Positions 27,158-36,166 of a DNA stretch of 58,315 bases are shown here, piece after piece. The stretch lies in the IMG/VR virus record IMGVR_UViG_3300045988_153046, one strand, 5' to 3'. The DNA is from a virus. Position 1 is the first letter of the stretch, and each line of letters starts with the position of its first letter. Below the pieces are notes generated by a model. That model made no database searches. It had not been told where the DNA came from and was given only the letters and a program-made list of their open reading frames with translations. The translations under genes were made by a program, and so were the position numbers.

Positions 27158-28225
27158 ATGAAACGATTTGGATATATTTATGAGAAAATCTGTGATTTAG
27201 ATAATCTCAGGGATGCTCATAAGCACGCAAGAAAAGACAAGCTTTATTATAGGGAGGTGAAAATGATTGATAAAAATCCTGATTTTTACCTAAAGCAGAT
27301 ACAAGAGATGCTGATAAATGAAACTTATGAGGTGAGCCCTTATACAGTTTCTATTATCAATGACAAGGGAAAAGATAGAGAGCTGAGGAAACTCCCCTAC
27401 TATCCTGATAGGATCATTCAGTGGGCAATCATGCTCCAGATTGAAAAGATTTTTATGGATGTGTTTATCAGTAGCACTTGTGCCTCTTTAGCGGGGAGGG
27501 GTATTCATACCGCCTCTAAGAAGATCAGGAGATACCTTAAGGAAGATCCAGAGGGTACTAGGTATTGCTATAAGATTGATGTAAAGCATTTTTATCCTAG
27601 TATCAATCATGCAATGCTTAAAAAGCTTCTTAGGAAAAAGTTTAAGGATACTAAGCTTTTAAGGTTGCTGGATAAAATCATTGATAGCTCAGGAGGAGAG
27701 GTAGGTATCCCTATCGGATCTTACCTCTCTCAGTATCTAGCAAACTTTTACCTTGCTTACTTCGATCACTGGATTAAGGAGGAGCTGGGGGTAAAGTACT
27801 ATGTGAGGTACATGGATGATATTGTAATACTTCATAACTCAAAAGAGTATCTCCATGCGCTACACTTCAAAATCAGGGAGTATTTAGGCAGTAACCTCCA
27901 GCTATCTATAAAGGATAATTGGCAAGTATTCCCTACAGCGGTGAGAGGAATAGATTTTGTGGGATATAGGCACTTTTACGGTTATCATCTATTGAGAAAA
28001 ACTACCTATAAGCGGTTTAGAAAGAAAATGCTTAAGATTAGGCGTAAGCAGGAAAAGAAAAAGCCTGTAAACCGTAAAGATTGGAGTAGTTTTAATAGCT
28101 ACAAGGGGCGGTTGCTATGGTGTAACAGCTATAACCTCATAAGACGGTATTTAGAGCCTATTAGGGTGTGGGTGGGAATTTATTACAGTGAGAATATCAA
28201 AAAAGTTAAGGAGGTAGCGGCATGA
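27158..28225 (+). CDS. DGR reverse transcriptase
   Basis: YVRYMDDIVIL (YxDD) catalytic box, PIGSYLSQYLAN (DGR-type IGxxxSQ motif), 355 aa, adjacent TR. Confidence 0.92.
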   Translation: MKRFGYIYEKICDLDNLRDAHKHARKDKLYYREVKMIDKNPDFYLKQIQEMLINETYEVSPYTVSIINDKGKDRELRKLPYYPDRIIQWAIMLQIEKIFMDVFISSTCASLAGRGIHTASKKIRRYLKEDPEGTRYCYKIDVKHFYPSINHAMLKKLLRKKFKDTKLLRLLDKIIDSSGGEVGIPIGSYLSQYLANFYLAYFDHWIKEELGVKYYVRYMDDIVILHNSKEYLHALHFKIREYLGSNLQLSIKDNWQVFPTAVRGIDFVGYRHFYGYHLLRKTTYKRFRKKMLKIRRKQEKKKPVNRKDWSSFNSYKGRLLWCNSYNLIRRYLEPIRVWVGIYYSENIKKVKEVAA

Positions 28226-28494
28226 AAGTATTTGAAAGAGTTACAGGCAGTGAGGCTCAGGCAAAACCTCTTATAGTAGGTAAAACTACTGTATATGTGC
28301 ATGAGGATATTACCCCTGTTACTGAGCCTGATCCCATTACTGGGGAAGTGCCTAAGGGTATGTACACTTACAAAGAGATCCAGTATGAAAAGGATGAGTA
28401 CATTAAGCTCATGGCTGATAAAAATGCGGTTCTTGAAAAACAGGCTACAGATATTCAGATGGCTCTAACTGAGGTATATGAGATGATGCTGTAA
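28222..28494 (+). CDS. XkdW-position hypothetical protein
   Basis: ATGA overlap with the RT stop; synteny with PBSX xkdW. Confidence 0.4.
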   Translation: MKVFERVTGSEAQAKPLIVGKTTVYVHEDITPVTEPDPITGEVPKGMYTYKEIQYEKDEYIKLMADKNAVLEKQATDIQMALTEVYEMML

Positions 28495-28513
28495 AGTAGA
28501 AAGGAGCGGTACT

Positions 28514-28621
28514 ATGGCTAAGATTTATTACGAGCTTATCAAAAAGGGCTTAAAAACTCTGGAGGATGTACCAGAGCGGCTTAGGGTGGAGGTTGAAAAG
28601 CTCTTAGAGAGTGGAGAGTGA
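28514..28621 (+). CDS. Small conserved phage protein (35 aa), paralogue of 28678..28809
   Basis: MAKIYYELIKKGLKTLEDVPERLRVEV aligns with MAVIYATLIVKGKKAITDVPAVIKAQV; RBS AAGGAG. Confidence 0.55.
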   Translation: MAKIYYELIKKGLKTLEDVPERLRVEVEKLLESGE

Positions 28622-28677
28622 TTGATATGCTTATCAATCTTATCCTAAAAATATTTTTCAGAAAGGAGTTAGGTAAA

Positions 28678-28809
28678 ATGGCTGTAATCTATGCTACTCT
28701 TATTGTTAAGGGTAAAAAGGCAATCACTGATGTACCAGCGGTGATTAAGGCTCAGGTTAAGCAGATTTTGATTGATCTGGAAGTGCCTGAGTTGGCAAAC
28801 GAGGAGTAA
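28678..28809 (+). CDS. Small conserved phage protein (43 aa), paralogue of 28514..28621
   Basis: ATG 28678 after AGGAG; the track's longer start is unlikely. Confidence 0.55.
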   Translation: MAVIYATLIVKGKKAITDVPAVIKAQVKQILIDLEVPELANEE

Positions 28810-28864
28810 AAGGGGGCTAAAAGCCCTCTTTTACTAATTTCTGAGAAAGGAGGATAGCCAGTGT

Positions 28865-29203
28865 ATGATTGATCCAGAAATCGCAGAAAGGCTAGTAAAG
28901 GTAGAGGAAAGAGCAAAAAGCAATACTCATCAGATAGAGGAGCTAAAACCTGTAGTAAATGAGATACATACAATCTCTAAAACAATGGTAGAGCTCATGG
29001 GTGAGTGTAGGTGCACTAATGAGAATGTTGATGAGATTAAGCAGGATGTATCTAAGCTAAATGACAAAGTGGAGAACATTGAGAAAGAGCCCGCTAAGGA
29101 GTGGAGCTCAATGAAAAGGACGGTATTTAACACTCTGGTAGGTGCTATGGCGGGTGCTCTGGCTACTGGATTACTGGCTCTCCTAGCTCAGTACCTTCAC
29201 TAA
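28865..29203 (+). CDS. XhlA-like membrane protein (lysis module)
   Basis: N-terminal coiled coil plus a single C-terminal TM helix; position upstream of the holin and endolysin. Confidence 0.6.
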   Translation: MIDPEIAERLVKVEERAKSNTHQIEELKPVVNEIHTISKTMVELMGECRCTNENVDEIKQDVSKLNDKVENIEKEPAKEWSSMKRTVFNTLVGAMAGALATGLLALLAQYLH

Positions 29204-29221
29204 TATTAAGGAGGTAGTGGT

Positions 29222-29659
29222 ATGGTGAGGAAAAGAAAAAGGAGGCGATCCAGTTTATCTACCAGAAAATCTAAGCGAAAGCTGGAGTTTTCTAAGGTTA
29301 TTGTGGTTCTTACAGCGGTACTTTTTATTTTGGCTTTGCTGGATATAAGGTGTGGAGTAAGAGAGGGGCTTGATGTAAGCGGCTATGCTACTCAGCTCAT
29401 AGTAACTACTGGGGGTATTTTTGGAGCCTCTATAATTTTTTATCTCAATAAATCCAAAATTGAAAACCTCTCTAAAGGAAAAATCAGGTTTTTACTACTC
29501 AGGCTGAGGCTGGAGCTAAAGCTTAAAGATAAGATACCTGAGGAAAGTTACCAGATTATCTTAGATGAGTTAAGTAAGCTGGATGCCATGCTTGATAATA
29601 AGCTGGATGGTACTTTAGAGGAGGCTATTCAACATGAGATAGATGTACAAAACTATTAA
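29222..29659 (+). CDS. Membrane protein with a basic N-terminus (2 TM)
   Basis: RKRKRRR N-terminus, two hydrophobic helices. Confidence 0.45.
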   Translation: MVRKRKRRRSSLSTRKSKRKLEFSKVIVVLTAVLFILALLDIRCGVREGLDVSGYATQLIVTTGGIFGASIIFYLNKSKIENLSKGKIRFLLLRLRLELKLKDKIPEESYQIILDELSKLDAMLDNKLDGTLEEAIQHEIDVQNY

Positions 29660-29672
29660 GGAGGGTAATGTT

Positions 29673-29984
29673 ATGACTTTGGCACTGTTTGTAACTCTTG
29701 TTTCTCTCTTTGCGGTTGCAGTATCCCTCATTACTGAGGCTGTAAAGAAGTTTTTGCAAGGGGCGAGGGTAAAGTACTCCGCTAATATCGTGGTACTTAT
29801 TTTATCTATAGTTGTGGCTGTGGGAGGTACAGCTCTGGTATATCTGTTTATGGGTATTCCATATACCACCCCTAATATCGTATGTATGGCACTTATGGCT
29901 GTGGCAGTCTGGGTAGGATCTATGGTGGGCTATGACAAAGTGATCCAGATGCTAGAACAGCTAAAATCATTAAAACTTAAGTAA
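29673..29984 (+). CDS. Holin (putative)
   Basis: About 100 aa, 3 hydrophobic helices, upstream of the endolysin; ATG after AAGGAGGG. Confidence 0.6.
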   Translation: MTLALFVTLVSLFAVAVSLITEAVKKFLQGARVKYSANIVVLILSIVVAVGGTALVYLFMGIPYTTPNIVCMALMAVAVWVGSMVGYDKVIQMLEQLKSLKLK

Positions 29985-30037
29985 TGTGTGTGGGAGAGCT
30001 GTAAAGGGCTCTCCCCTTTTCAAAGGAGGTTATCAAA

Positions 30038-30163
30038 ATGACAGAAAAGCAGGATAAGAGAGAGCTTGCTGAGGAAGTAGAAAAGCTGGATCTTGAAAAA
30101 GGTGAGGAGATCACTGATGAAACTCTCCTTAACCTGAGTGATAATAAGGGGAGGGATGAGTAA
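30038..30163 (+). CDS. Small acidic hypothetical protein (41 aa)
   Basis: ATG after AAGGAGG; TAATG overlap with the endolysin start. Confidence 0.4.
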   Translation: MTEKQDKRELAEEVEKLDLEKGEEITDETLLNLSDNKGRDE

Positions 30164-31332
30164 TGGCTTACACAAATAGCCCTTTAGTATCTTACACAAA
30201 GATTAGCCCTAACCGCACAAAAAATAGAAATCATGCCATAGATACGATTACTATTCATTGTGTAGTAGGGCAGTGCTCAGTACAAACGCTGGGCAATATC
30301 TTTGCTCCTACTTCTAGGGGAGCCTCCTCAAATTATGGGGTAGGCTATGATGGCAAGATTGGTATGTATGTAGAAGAAAAGGATAGATCATGGTGCTCCT
30401 CCAGTAGTGTAAATGATAATAGGGCGGTTACTATTGAGGTTGCCAGTGATACCTCTGAGCCTTATGCGGTAAATCAAAAAGCTTATGCCTCCTTGCTTAA
30501 TCTGGTAACGGATATTTGCAAAAGAAACGGAATTAAAAAGCTGATATGGAGCAAAAACAAGAATGAGCGGGTAAACCACTTGAACGGTTGTAATATGACT
30601 GTACACAGAGATTACGCTAACAAGAGTTGTCCAGGCACTTATCTCTATAATAAACATGGAGAGATTGCCGCTGAGGTTAATAAGAGGCTTGGCGCAAATG
30701 CTACTACTCCACAAGCTCCCTCTGCTAATCTTAAGTTTAAGGCTGGGGATATTGTGCAGTTTGCAGGAGGCAAGCATTATAAGAGTGTGGATGCCTCCAG
30801 CGGTAGCACTGTAAAGGCTAGCAAGGCTAAGATCACTCAGGTAGCCAGCGGTAAACATCCCTATCATTGTAGGGCTGTAAATGAGGCTGGAGCTTTTGTG
30901 AGCGGCGTTTATGGCTGGGTAGATGAAAATACCCTTACAGCTATTTCAAACGTCTCTAAGCCAGCTACAGGCTCTACAGGGCTTAAGATAGGGGATCAAG
31001 TAATGTTTACAGGTTGCCTCCACTACACAAGCTCCTATAAAACCGCTACAGCTCATGCTTGTAAGGCTGGGCTTGCTAAAATCACTAAGATCTCTGCTAA
31101 AAATCCTCATCCTTATCATTTGCAAGCGGTAGCGGGTAAGGGATCTACAGTGCATGGCTGGGTAGGTGCTAAGGATATTCAGGCTACAGCAAATACTTAC
31201 ACTGTAAAGAGTGGAGATACCCTTAGTGGCATTGCTAAGAAATATGGTACTACTGTAGCTAAGCTGGTAGAGCTAAATGGTATCAAAAATGCTAATCTGA
31301 TCTATAAAGGTCAGTTAATCAAGCTGCCTTAA
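30163..31332 (+). CDS. Endolysin: N-acetylmuramoyl-L-alanine amidase + 2 SH3-like repeats + LysM
   Basis: Amidase_2-like DTITIHC...NDNRAVTIE...[11 protein letters not shown]; duplicated GD.V.F.G..HY...AKIT...HPYH...GWV; C-terminal Lys[18 protein letters not shown]. Confidence 0.9.
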   Translation: MAYTNSPLVSYTKISPNRTKNRNHAIDTITIHCVVGQCSVQTLGNIFAPTSRGASSNYGVGYDGKIGMYVEEKDRSWCSSSSVNDNRAVTIEVASDTSEPYAVNQKAYASLLNLVTDICKRNGIKKLIWSKNKNERVNHLNGCNMTVHRDYANKSCPGTYLYNKHGEIAAEVNKRLGANATTPQAPSANLKFKAGDIVQFAGGKHYKSVDASSGSTVKASKAKITQVASGKHPYHCRAVNEAGAFVSGVYGWVDENTLTAISNVSKPATGSTGLKIGDQVMFTGCLHYTSSYKTATAHACKAGLAKITKISAKNPHPYHLQAVAGKGSTVHGWVGAKDIQATANTYTVKSGDTLSGIAKKYGTTVAKLVELNGIKNANLIYKGQLIKLP

Positions 31333-31407
31333 TAGGCTCTCCTATTTTCTTGTGAGGTACAGGCTCTCTATTGTGAGGGCGTGTACCCCATTTTTTTTGT
31401 TTTTCAG

Positions 31408-31436
31408 TTGCTATTTTTATATAAGAGATATATAAT
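31408..31436 (+). promoter_or_regulatory. Sigma-A-type promoter upstream of the integrase
   Basis: TTGCTA-N17-TATAAT. Confidence 0.6.
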
Positions 31437-31579
31437 AGATACAAACGGCTAGAAAGCCCTTAGAGAGCTTTTAAGGGTTGAGGGTAGAGAGTTATACCCC
31501 TGAGCGATTAAAGCGGCTCAGAGGGGCAAGAGCGGGGCTCAGGCGGGGCAAAAAAAAATAAACTAAAGGAGTGTATAGG

Positions 31580-33291
31580 ATGGCTTACAGGAAAGAGCAG
31601 GATACCATAGGATTAAGAGCGGCGTTTTATGCCAGAGTATCTACAGCGGAGGAGGAACAGCTTAACGCTATAGAGCTCCAGATTGAGGAGAACAGAAACG
31701 CTATAGAGCGGCATAAGTGGAAAAAGGTAGATGAGTATATTGATCGGAGCAAGTCTGGTACTATGGTAAAGGGCAGAGATGAGTACCAAAGGCTTTTTGA
31801 TGATCTTTACTCTGATAAGTTTGATGTGGTGGTAATCAAAGATCAGGAGCGGCTCATGAGAAATACTCTTGATTGGTATTTATTCATAAATCGCTTAGTA
31901 TCTACAGGTAAGATCCTTTATATGTACATGGAGGATAGGTTTTACTCTCCTGATGATGCCTTAATTACAGGAATAAAGGCGATTATAGCAGAGGAGTTTA
32001 GTAGAAATCTCTCTAAAAAGCTCCGCAATTATCACGCTGGGAGAGTGGCTAAGGCAAGAGAGGGAAAAGAGATAGATTTACAGGGTAGCGGTAATGTTTT
32101 TGGCTGGGATAAAAAGAGGGTAGGTATATTCTTAATCCAGAGCAAGCAAAAATAAGGCGGCTCATGTGTGAAGGGATCATGGCTAGAAAAGGCTCTACTC
32201 AGATTGCTAAGGAGCTAAATGATGCGGGATACAGAAACACAGTAGGTAAGAAGTGGAAACCTATGGATATTCCTAAGTTTGTGTATGACTGCAAAAATGT
32301 TGGCACTATGATAATCAACAAAGAGAGGCATGATTTTGAGAGCAAGAAAACTATCAAGCTCCCTGAGAGTGAGTGGGTGTATGTTAAAAATGCCTTGCCG
32401 CCTATAGTCACTGAGGAGGAGTGGGCTTTAATTTGTAAAATCCGTGAGGAGAGAGTGATAGCTACAGGCTGTAACAAGCGGGGTAAGAAAACTACAGGAT
32501 TTTCTTTCAGTGGTAAGATCTATTGTGGACTGTGTGATGCGCCATACTGGAGAAAACAGGGAGTATCTAAAGAGGAATACTGGGTATGCAGTACTAAGCA
32601 AACTAAAGGCAGAAAAACAAGGGCTAGAGATGCTGTAGGCGGGAAAGCTGGGGAGTTTAATGCTGAGGGCTGTGATAATGAAAATATCTCTTATGGTGCG
32701 CTCATGGCTATTATGGAGCTTGTTTCAGAGCGGCTAAAGGCAGATACAGGGGTTATTAAAGAATTTATGATAGAAAGGCTTAACGGCTACAAAAAACGCA
32801 TTACAGAGGCTAACAGAGGGGCTACAGAGGCAGATTTACAAAGAGAGCTTGATAGAAAAGATAGGCTCTTAGATGCTTACCTAGATCATATCCTCACAAA
32901 AGAGGAGTATCAAAGAAAAGCCCTAGCTTTAGATGAGAAAATCATGGAGCTCAAAAGAGAAGTAACTGCTAATAGGGGTAATCTGGAGGATTTGAATGAG
33001 ATAGATAGGGTACTGGCAAATATTGATGCAGAGGTAGCAAAATACTTAGATGATAATAGCCAGCTCAAAGTAGAGTACCTTTTAGAGCATTTGGAGAAAG
33101 TGGTTATCTATCCTGATAAGGCGGTTGTTATAATACCGATATTGTGTGAGGGGTTTGTGGTAGATAAAGCTCAGTATGTATCTAGGGAGAAATCTACTGA
33201 GATACAAACTGAAAGCAATGTAATTTATCTGGCAGATGTGAGGTACTGGAACAGAGATATAGAGCTGTATGTACAGTTTGTAGCGGCATAA
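31580..33291 (+). pseudogene. Large serine recombinase (integrase) interrupted by a 1-nt frameshift in an A5 run
   Basis: Resolvase domain (FYARVSTAEEEQ) ends at TAA 32153-55. The +2 frame, open from 32113, continues KEGRYILNPEQAKIRRL... A6 instead of A5 at 32111-15 would fuse them. Confidence 0.85.
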
Positions 33292-33304
33292 TATATAGGG
33301 GTTA

Positions 33305-33335
33305 TCTAAAATAATAAGCCTCCTGTGATTAGATT
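33305..33335 (+). promoter_or_regulatory. Bipartite motif copy 4
   Basis: TCTAAAAT-N12-GTGATTAGATT; spacer CCTCCTG is complementary to the RBS CAGGAGG. Confidence 0.6.
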
Positions 33336-33364
33336 ATTTAGACTAATTGCAGGAGGTTATTTTT

Positions 33365-35038
33365 ATGATTAGAGTAGAGAAACTAGAGAAAGGGCTGTAT
33401 TTTGATGATGCCTACAAACTCTCTTTTAGGTACGATCCTATTACTGTAAGCAAGGTAAAAGAGCTTGCTCAGAGAAGATACTTACCAGAGGATAGGGCTT
33501 GGGAGATCCCTAGCTATGAGTTACCTAACTTGATTGATAAGGTGGGGTTGAATAATATTGATGCTGAGGATGCTCTTGTAGGGGCTTTGAAATCAAAAGA
33601 GATAGAGGATAGGAGAGCGGCTACAGAGGAAAGGCTTAGAGGGATAAAGCCTCTGATAGATTTTGATTTTACTACAGAGCCTCTCCCTCATCAGATAGAG
33701 GCTTTTAATTTTGGGCTACAAAAGGATAAAATGCTTATAGGAGATGAGCAAGGCTTAGGAAAAACAAAAGAGAGCATTGATATTACAGTAGCTAGAAAGC
33801 ATGAGTTAGTAAAAACCTTGATTGTATGCGGGGTAAACTCAGTTAAGTATAACTGGGAGCGTGAGATTAAGCTACACTCCAGAGAAAGCTCTGTAATGAT
33901 TGATGGTAAAACAATGGATCTCAGGGTAAAGCAGATTTATGAGTGGTATAAGAGCTCTAGCTATTTTGGGATTATCAATATTGAGAGCCTGAGGAAAGAG
34001 CAGATACAGGATGCTCTTTTTGATGGTATCAGAGATGGCTATATTGGGGCTGTAATTGTGGATGAGATCCATAAGGCTAAAAATGGCAGTAGCCAGCAAG
34101 GGAAAGCTCTTAGAACACTAAAAACGCCTATAAGATTGGGGCTCTCAGGTACTCCCATGAATAAGGCGGAGGATCTCTGGAATATTCTCACATGGCTAGG
34201 GGTTGAAAATCGTCCTTTTTACAGGTTTAGATCTACTTACTGTGTTATGGGTGGATATGGCGGGTATAAGGTGGTAGGGCATAAAAATCTTGAAAGCCTT
34301 AATGCAGAGCTTAATACTGTGATGCTGAGGCGTAAAAAGGGTGAGGTGCTGGATTTGCCGCCTAAGATCCATAGTACAGAATATGTAGAGCTCACTAAGA
34401 AACAGCAAATTATGTACAGGGATATTAAGAATGGGATCATAGCAGATCTTGAGAATATTCTTACCAGCGTAAATCCGCTTAGCTGTACTTTGAGGCTCAG
34501 ACAGCTTACAGGAGGGTTATTTACTGAGGAAAATCCTAAGCTGGAGAGGCTTATGGATATGTTATCTGAGGAAATTATCCCTAATGGTTATAAGGCTCTT
34601 ATATTTTCTCAGTGGGAGAAAATCACTGAGGTATATTATGAGGCGTTGAAAGAGTATAATCCCGCCTATATTGTAGGCAAGGTATCCCCTGAGGATAGAG
34701 AGGCTGAAAAAGAGCATTTTCAGAATGATCCAGAGTGTAAGCTAGCTATTGGTACTATCGGTGCTATGGGTACTGGATTTACTCTCACTAAGGCTAGTTA
34801 TGTTTTCTTTATAGATAAGGCATGGGTTAGCGGAGATAATGCTCAGGCTGAGGATAGAGCACACAGAATAGGTACAGAGGATACAGTAAATGTTATCTCT
34901 TTGGTGGCTAAAGGTACTATAGATGAGGGAATTGAGGAGTATCTGATTGAAAATCAAGATCTCTTTGATCGCGTAGTAGATGGTAAAGGCTCTAAGCACG
35001 ATATTAGGCAAGTGCTTAATAATCTCTTGAAAATATAG
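33365..35038 (+). CDS. SNF2-family helicase
   Basis: DEQGLGKT, DEIHKAKN, SGTPM, QAEDRAHRIG motifs. Confidence 0.9.
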   Translation: MIRVEKLEKGLYFDDAYKLSFRYDPITVSKVKELAQRRYLPEDRAWEIPSYELPNLIDKVGLNNIDAEDALVGALKSKEIEDRRAATEERLRGIKPLIDFDFTTEPLPHQIEAFNFGLQKDKMLIGDEQGLGKTKESIDITVARKHELVKTLIVCGVNSVKYNWEREIKLHSRESSVMIDGKTMDLRVKQIYEWYKSSSYFGIINIESLRKEQIQDALFDGIRDGYIGAVIVDEIHKAKNGSSQQGKALRTLKTPIRLGLSGTPMNKAEDLWNILTWLGVENRPFYRFRSTYCVMGGYGGYKVVGHKNLESLNAELNTVMLRRKKGEVLDLPPKIHSTEYVELTKKQQIMYRDIKNGIIADLENILTSVNPLSCTLRLRQLTGGLFTEENPKLERLMDMLSEEIIPNGYKALIFSQWEKITEVYYEALKEYNPAYIVGKVSPEDREAEKEHFQNDPECKLAIGTIGAMGTGFTLTKASYVFFIDKAWVSGDNAQAEDRAHRIGTEDTVNVISLVAKGTIDEGIEEYLIENQDLFDRVVDGKGSKHDIRQVLNNLLKI

Positions 35039-35076
35039 GGGGTATATAGTATAATGACAAATAGGAGGCTTGAGGC

Positions 35077-35304
35077 ATGAGAGTAATTACAGTGAATGAG
35101 AGCACTGGTAAAAGGGTGTACTCCAGAAAAGAGGTAGCTACATTGTGCGGGGTATCTACTCAAACTATCCGCCTCTGGGAAGATCTTAAGGTTATTCCTA
35201 GTAGTGAGAGAGATGAGAATGATTATAGATATTGGGATGAGGATGCCCTTGCAAAGATTAAAGAGTATGCGCTGTTACCGCAAAAAGACAGGAGAAAGAA
35301 ATAA
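35077..35304 (+). CDS. MerR-family HTH protein
   Basis: YSRKEVATLCGVSTQTIRLWEDLKVI...YRYWDEDAL. Confidence 0.75.
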   Translation: MRVITVNESTGKRVYSRKEVATLCGVSTQTIRLWEDLKVIPSSERDENDYRYWDEDALAKIKEYALLPQKDRRKK

Positions 35305-35314
35305 GATACAAGAG

Positions 35315-35347
35315 AGAAAGGGGCTTAAATGCCTCTTTCTTTTTTTT
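35315..35347 (+). terminator. Rho-independent terminator
   Basis: AGAAAGGGGC / GCCTCTTTCT stem, T8. Confidence 0.8.
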
Positions 35348-35375
35348 GCCTTAATTTGAGGAATATGAAAGCTAA

Positions 35376-35406
35376 TCTAAAAAATCCTCCCCTTAGTGAT
35401 TATGAT
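35376..35406 (+). promoter_or_regulatory. Bipartite motif copy 5
   Basis: TCTAAAAA-N12-GTGATTATGAT. Confidence 0.55.
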
Positions 35407-35455
35407 TGTTTAGCTCTAAGGTGTTACAGAGTATTTTATTTTAGGGGGTAAAAGT

Positions 35456-35767
35456 ATGGTAAAGATTAGTTTTACTAATGCTCAGGTAAGGGATAGCGGC
35501 TACGGACTTCAAGTAAACGGAGAAAGTCTGGCTGATATTATCTCTATGGCTCTGGGCGCAAAGGTTAAAGGCGTAAACTATGGAGATCCAGACTATGACA
35601 AGATTAAGCCCTTTGAGAGCAATTCTTGTGATGTATCGGTGGTTATCTACCCTCATCCTCAGGGTGTACAAATTGAGGATGATAGTAATGTGTACAATAG
35701 TCTTGAGGAGCTGGAGGAGGATCTTAATGAGCGGATTAAGCAGGAAATTACAGAGGCAAAAAGCTAA
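35456..35767 (+). CDS. Hypothetical protein
   Basis: ATG after AGGGGG; acidic 103 aa. Confidence 0.5.
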   Translation: MVKISFTNAQVRDSGYGLQVNGESLADIISMALGAKVKGVNYGDPDYDKIKPFESNSCDVSVVIYPHPQGVQIEDDSNVYNSLEELEEDLNERIKQEITEAKS

Positions 35768-35780
35768 GTCTGAGGGTACT

Positions 35781-35906
35781 TTGGTGTACAAAAAGAAAGT
35801 AGCTAAAAAGCTAGGTATTTCTGTTGCTGAGCTGGATTATCGTATGAAACGGCGGGAGAAAAATCTTAATAATTTTGATGGAGGTACTGAAAATGGCAAA
35901 GGATAA
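35781..35906 (+). CDS. Small HTH-like hypothetical protein (start uncertain)
   Basis: KKVAKKLGISVAELDYRMKRREKN; the 5' part of track ORF 35580..35906 overlaps 35456..35767. Confidence 0.3.
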   Translation: MVYKKKVAKKLGISVAELDYRMKRREKNLNNFDGGTENGKG

Positions 35907-36108
35907 TTTTACTGCTAAGGTTGCTAGTATGGAGATTGAGTTGGGTATGAGTGTACAAAATAAGAGTGGGATCTGGTGTAAGCCTACTGTTAGAATGAAT
36001 ATCTCTATTGATGGCGGCACTAATGTAGAACAGAGAGAGGCTATCATTAAACAGGCTTTTGATGAAGTATGTGAGAACATTGAAAAAGTGATCTCTGAGA
36101 TGGAATAA
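35893..36108 (+). CDS. Hypothetical protein
   Basis: ATG after GGAGG. Confidence 0.45.
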   Translation: MAKDNFTAKVASMEIELGMSVQNKSGIWCKPTVRMNISIDGGTNVEQREAIIKQAFDEVCENIEKVISEME

Positions 36109-36166
36109 TTGATAGACTGGGATAGGGAGCCTCATGCTCCCTTTTCCCTTTGAGGAGGTGAATATT

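Noticed and set aside
28222-29203. Candidate Avd among the ORFs downstream of the RT (28222..28494 and 28865..29203)
   Set aside because: 28222..28494 is acidic and not an obvious helical bundle. 28865..29203 has a C-terminal TM helix and XhlA-like organisation. Neither resembles the basic four-helix-bundle Avd.
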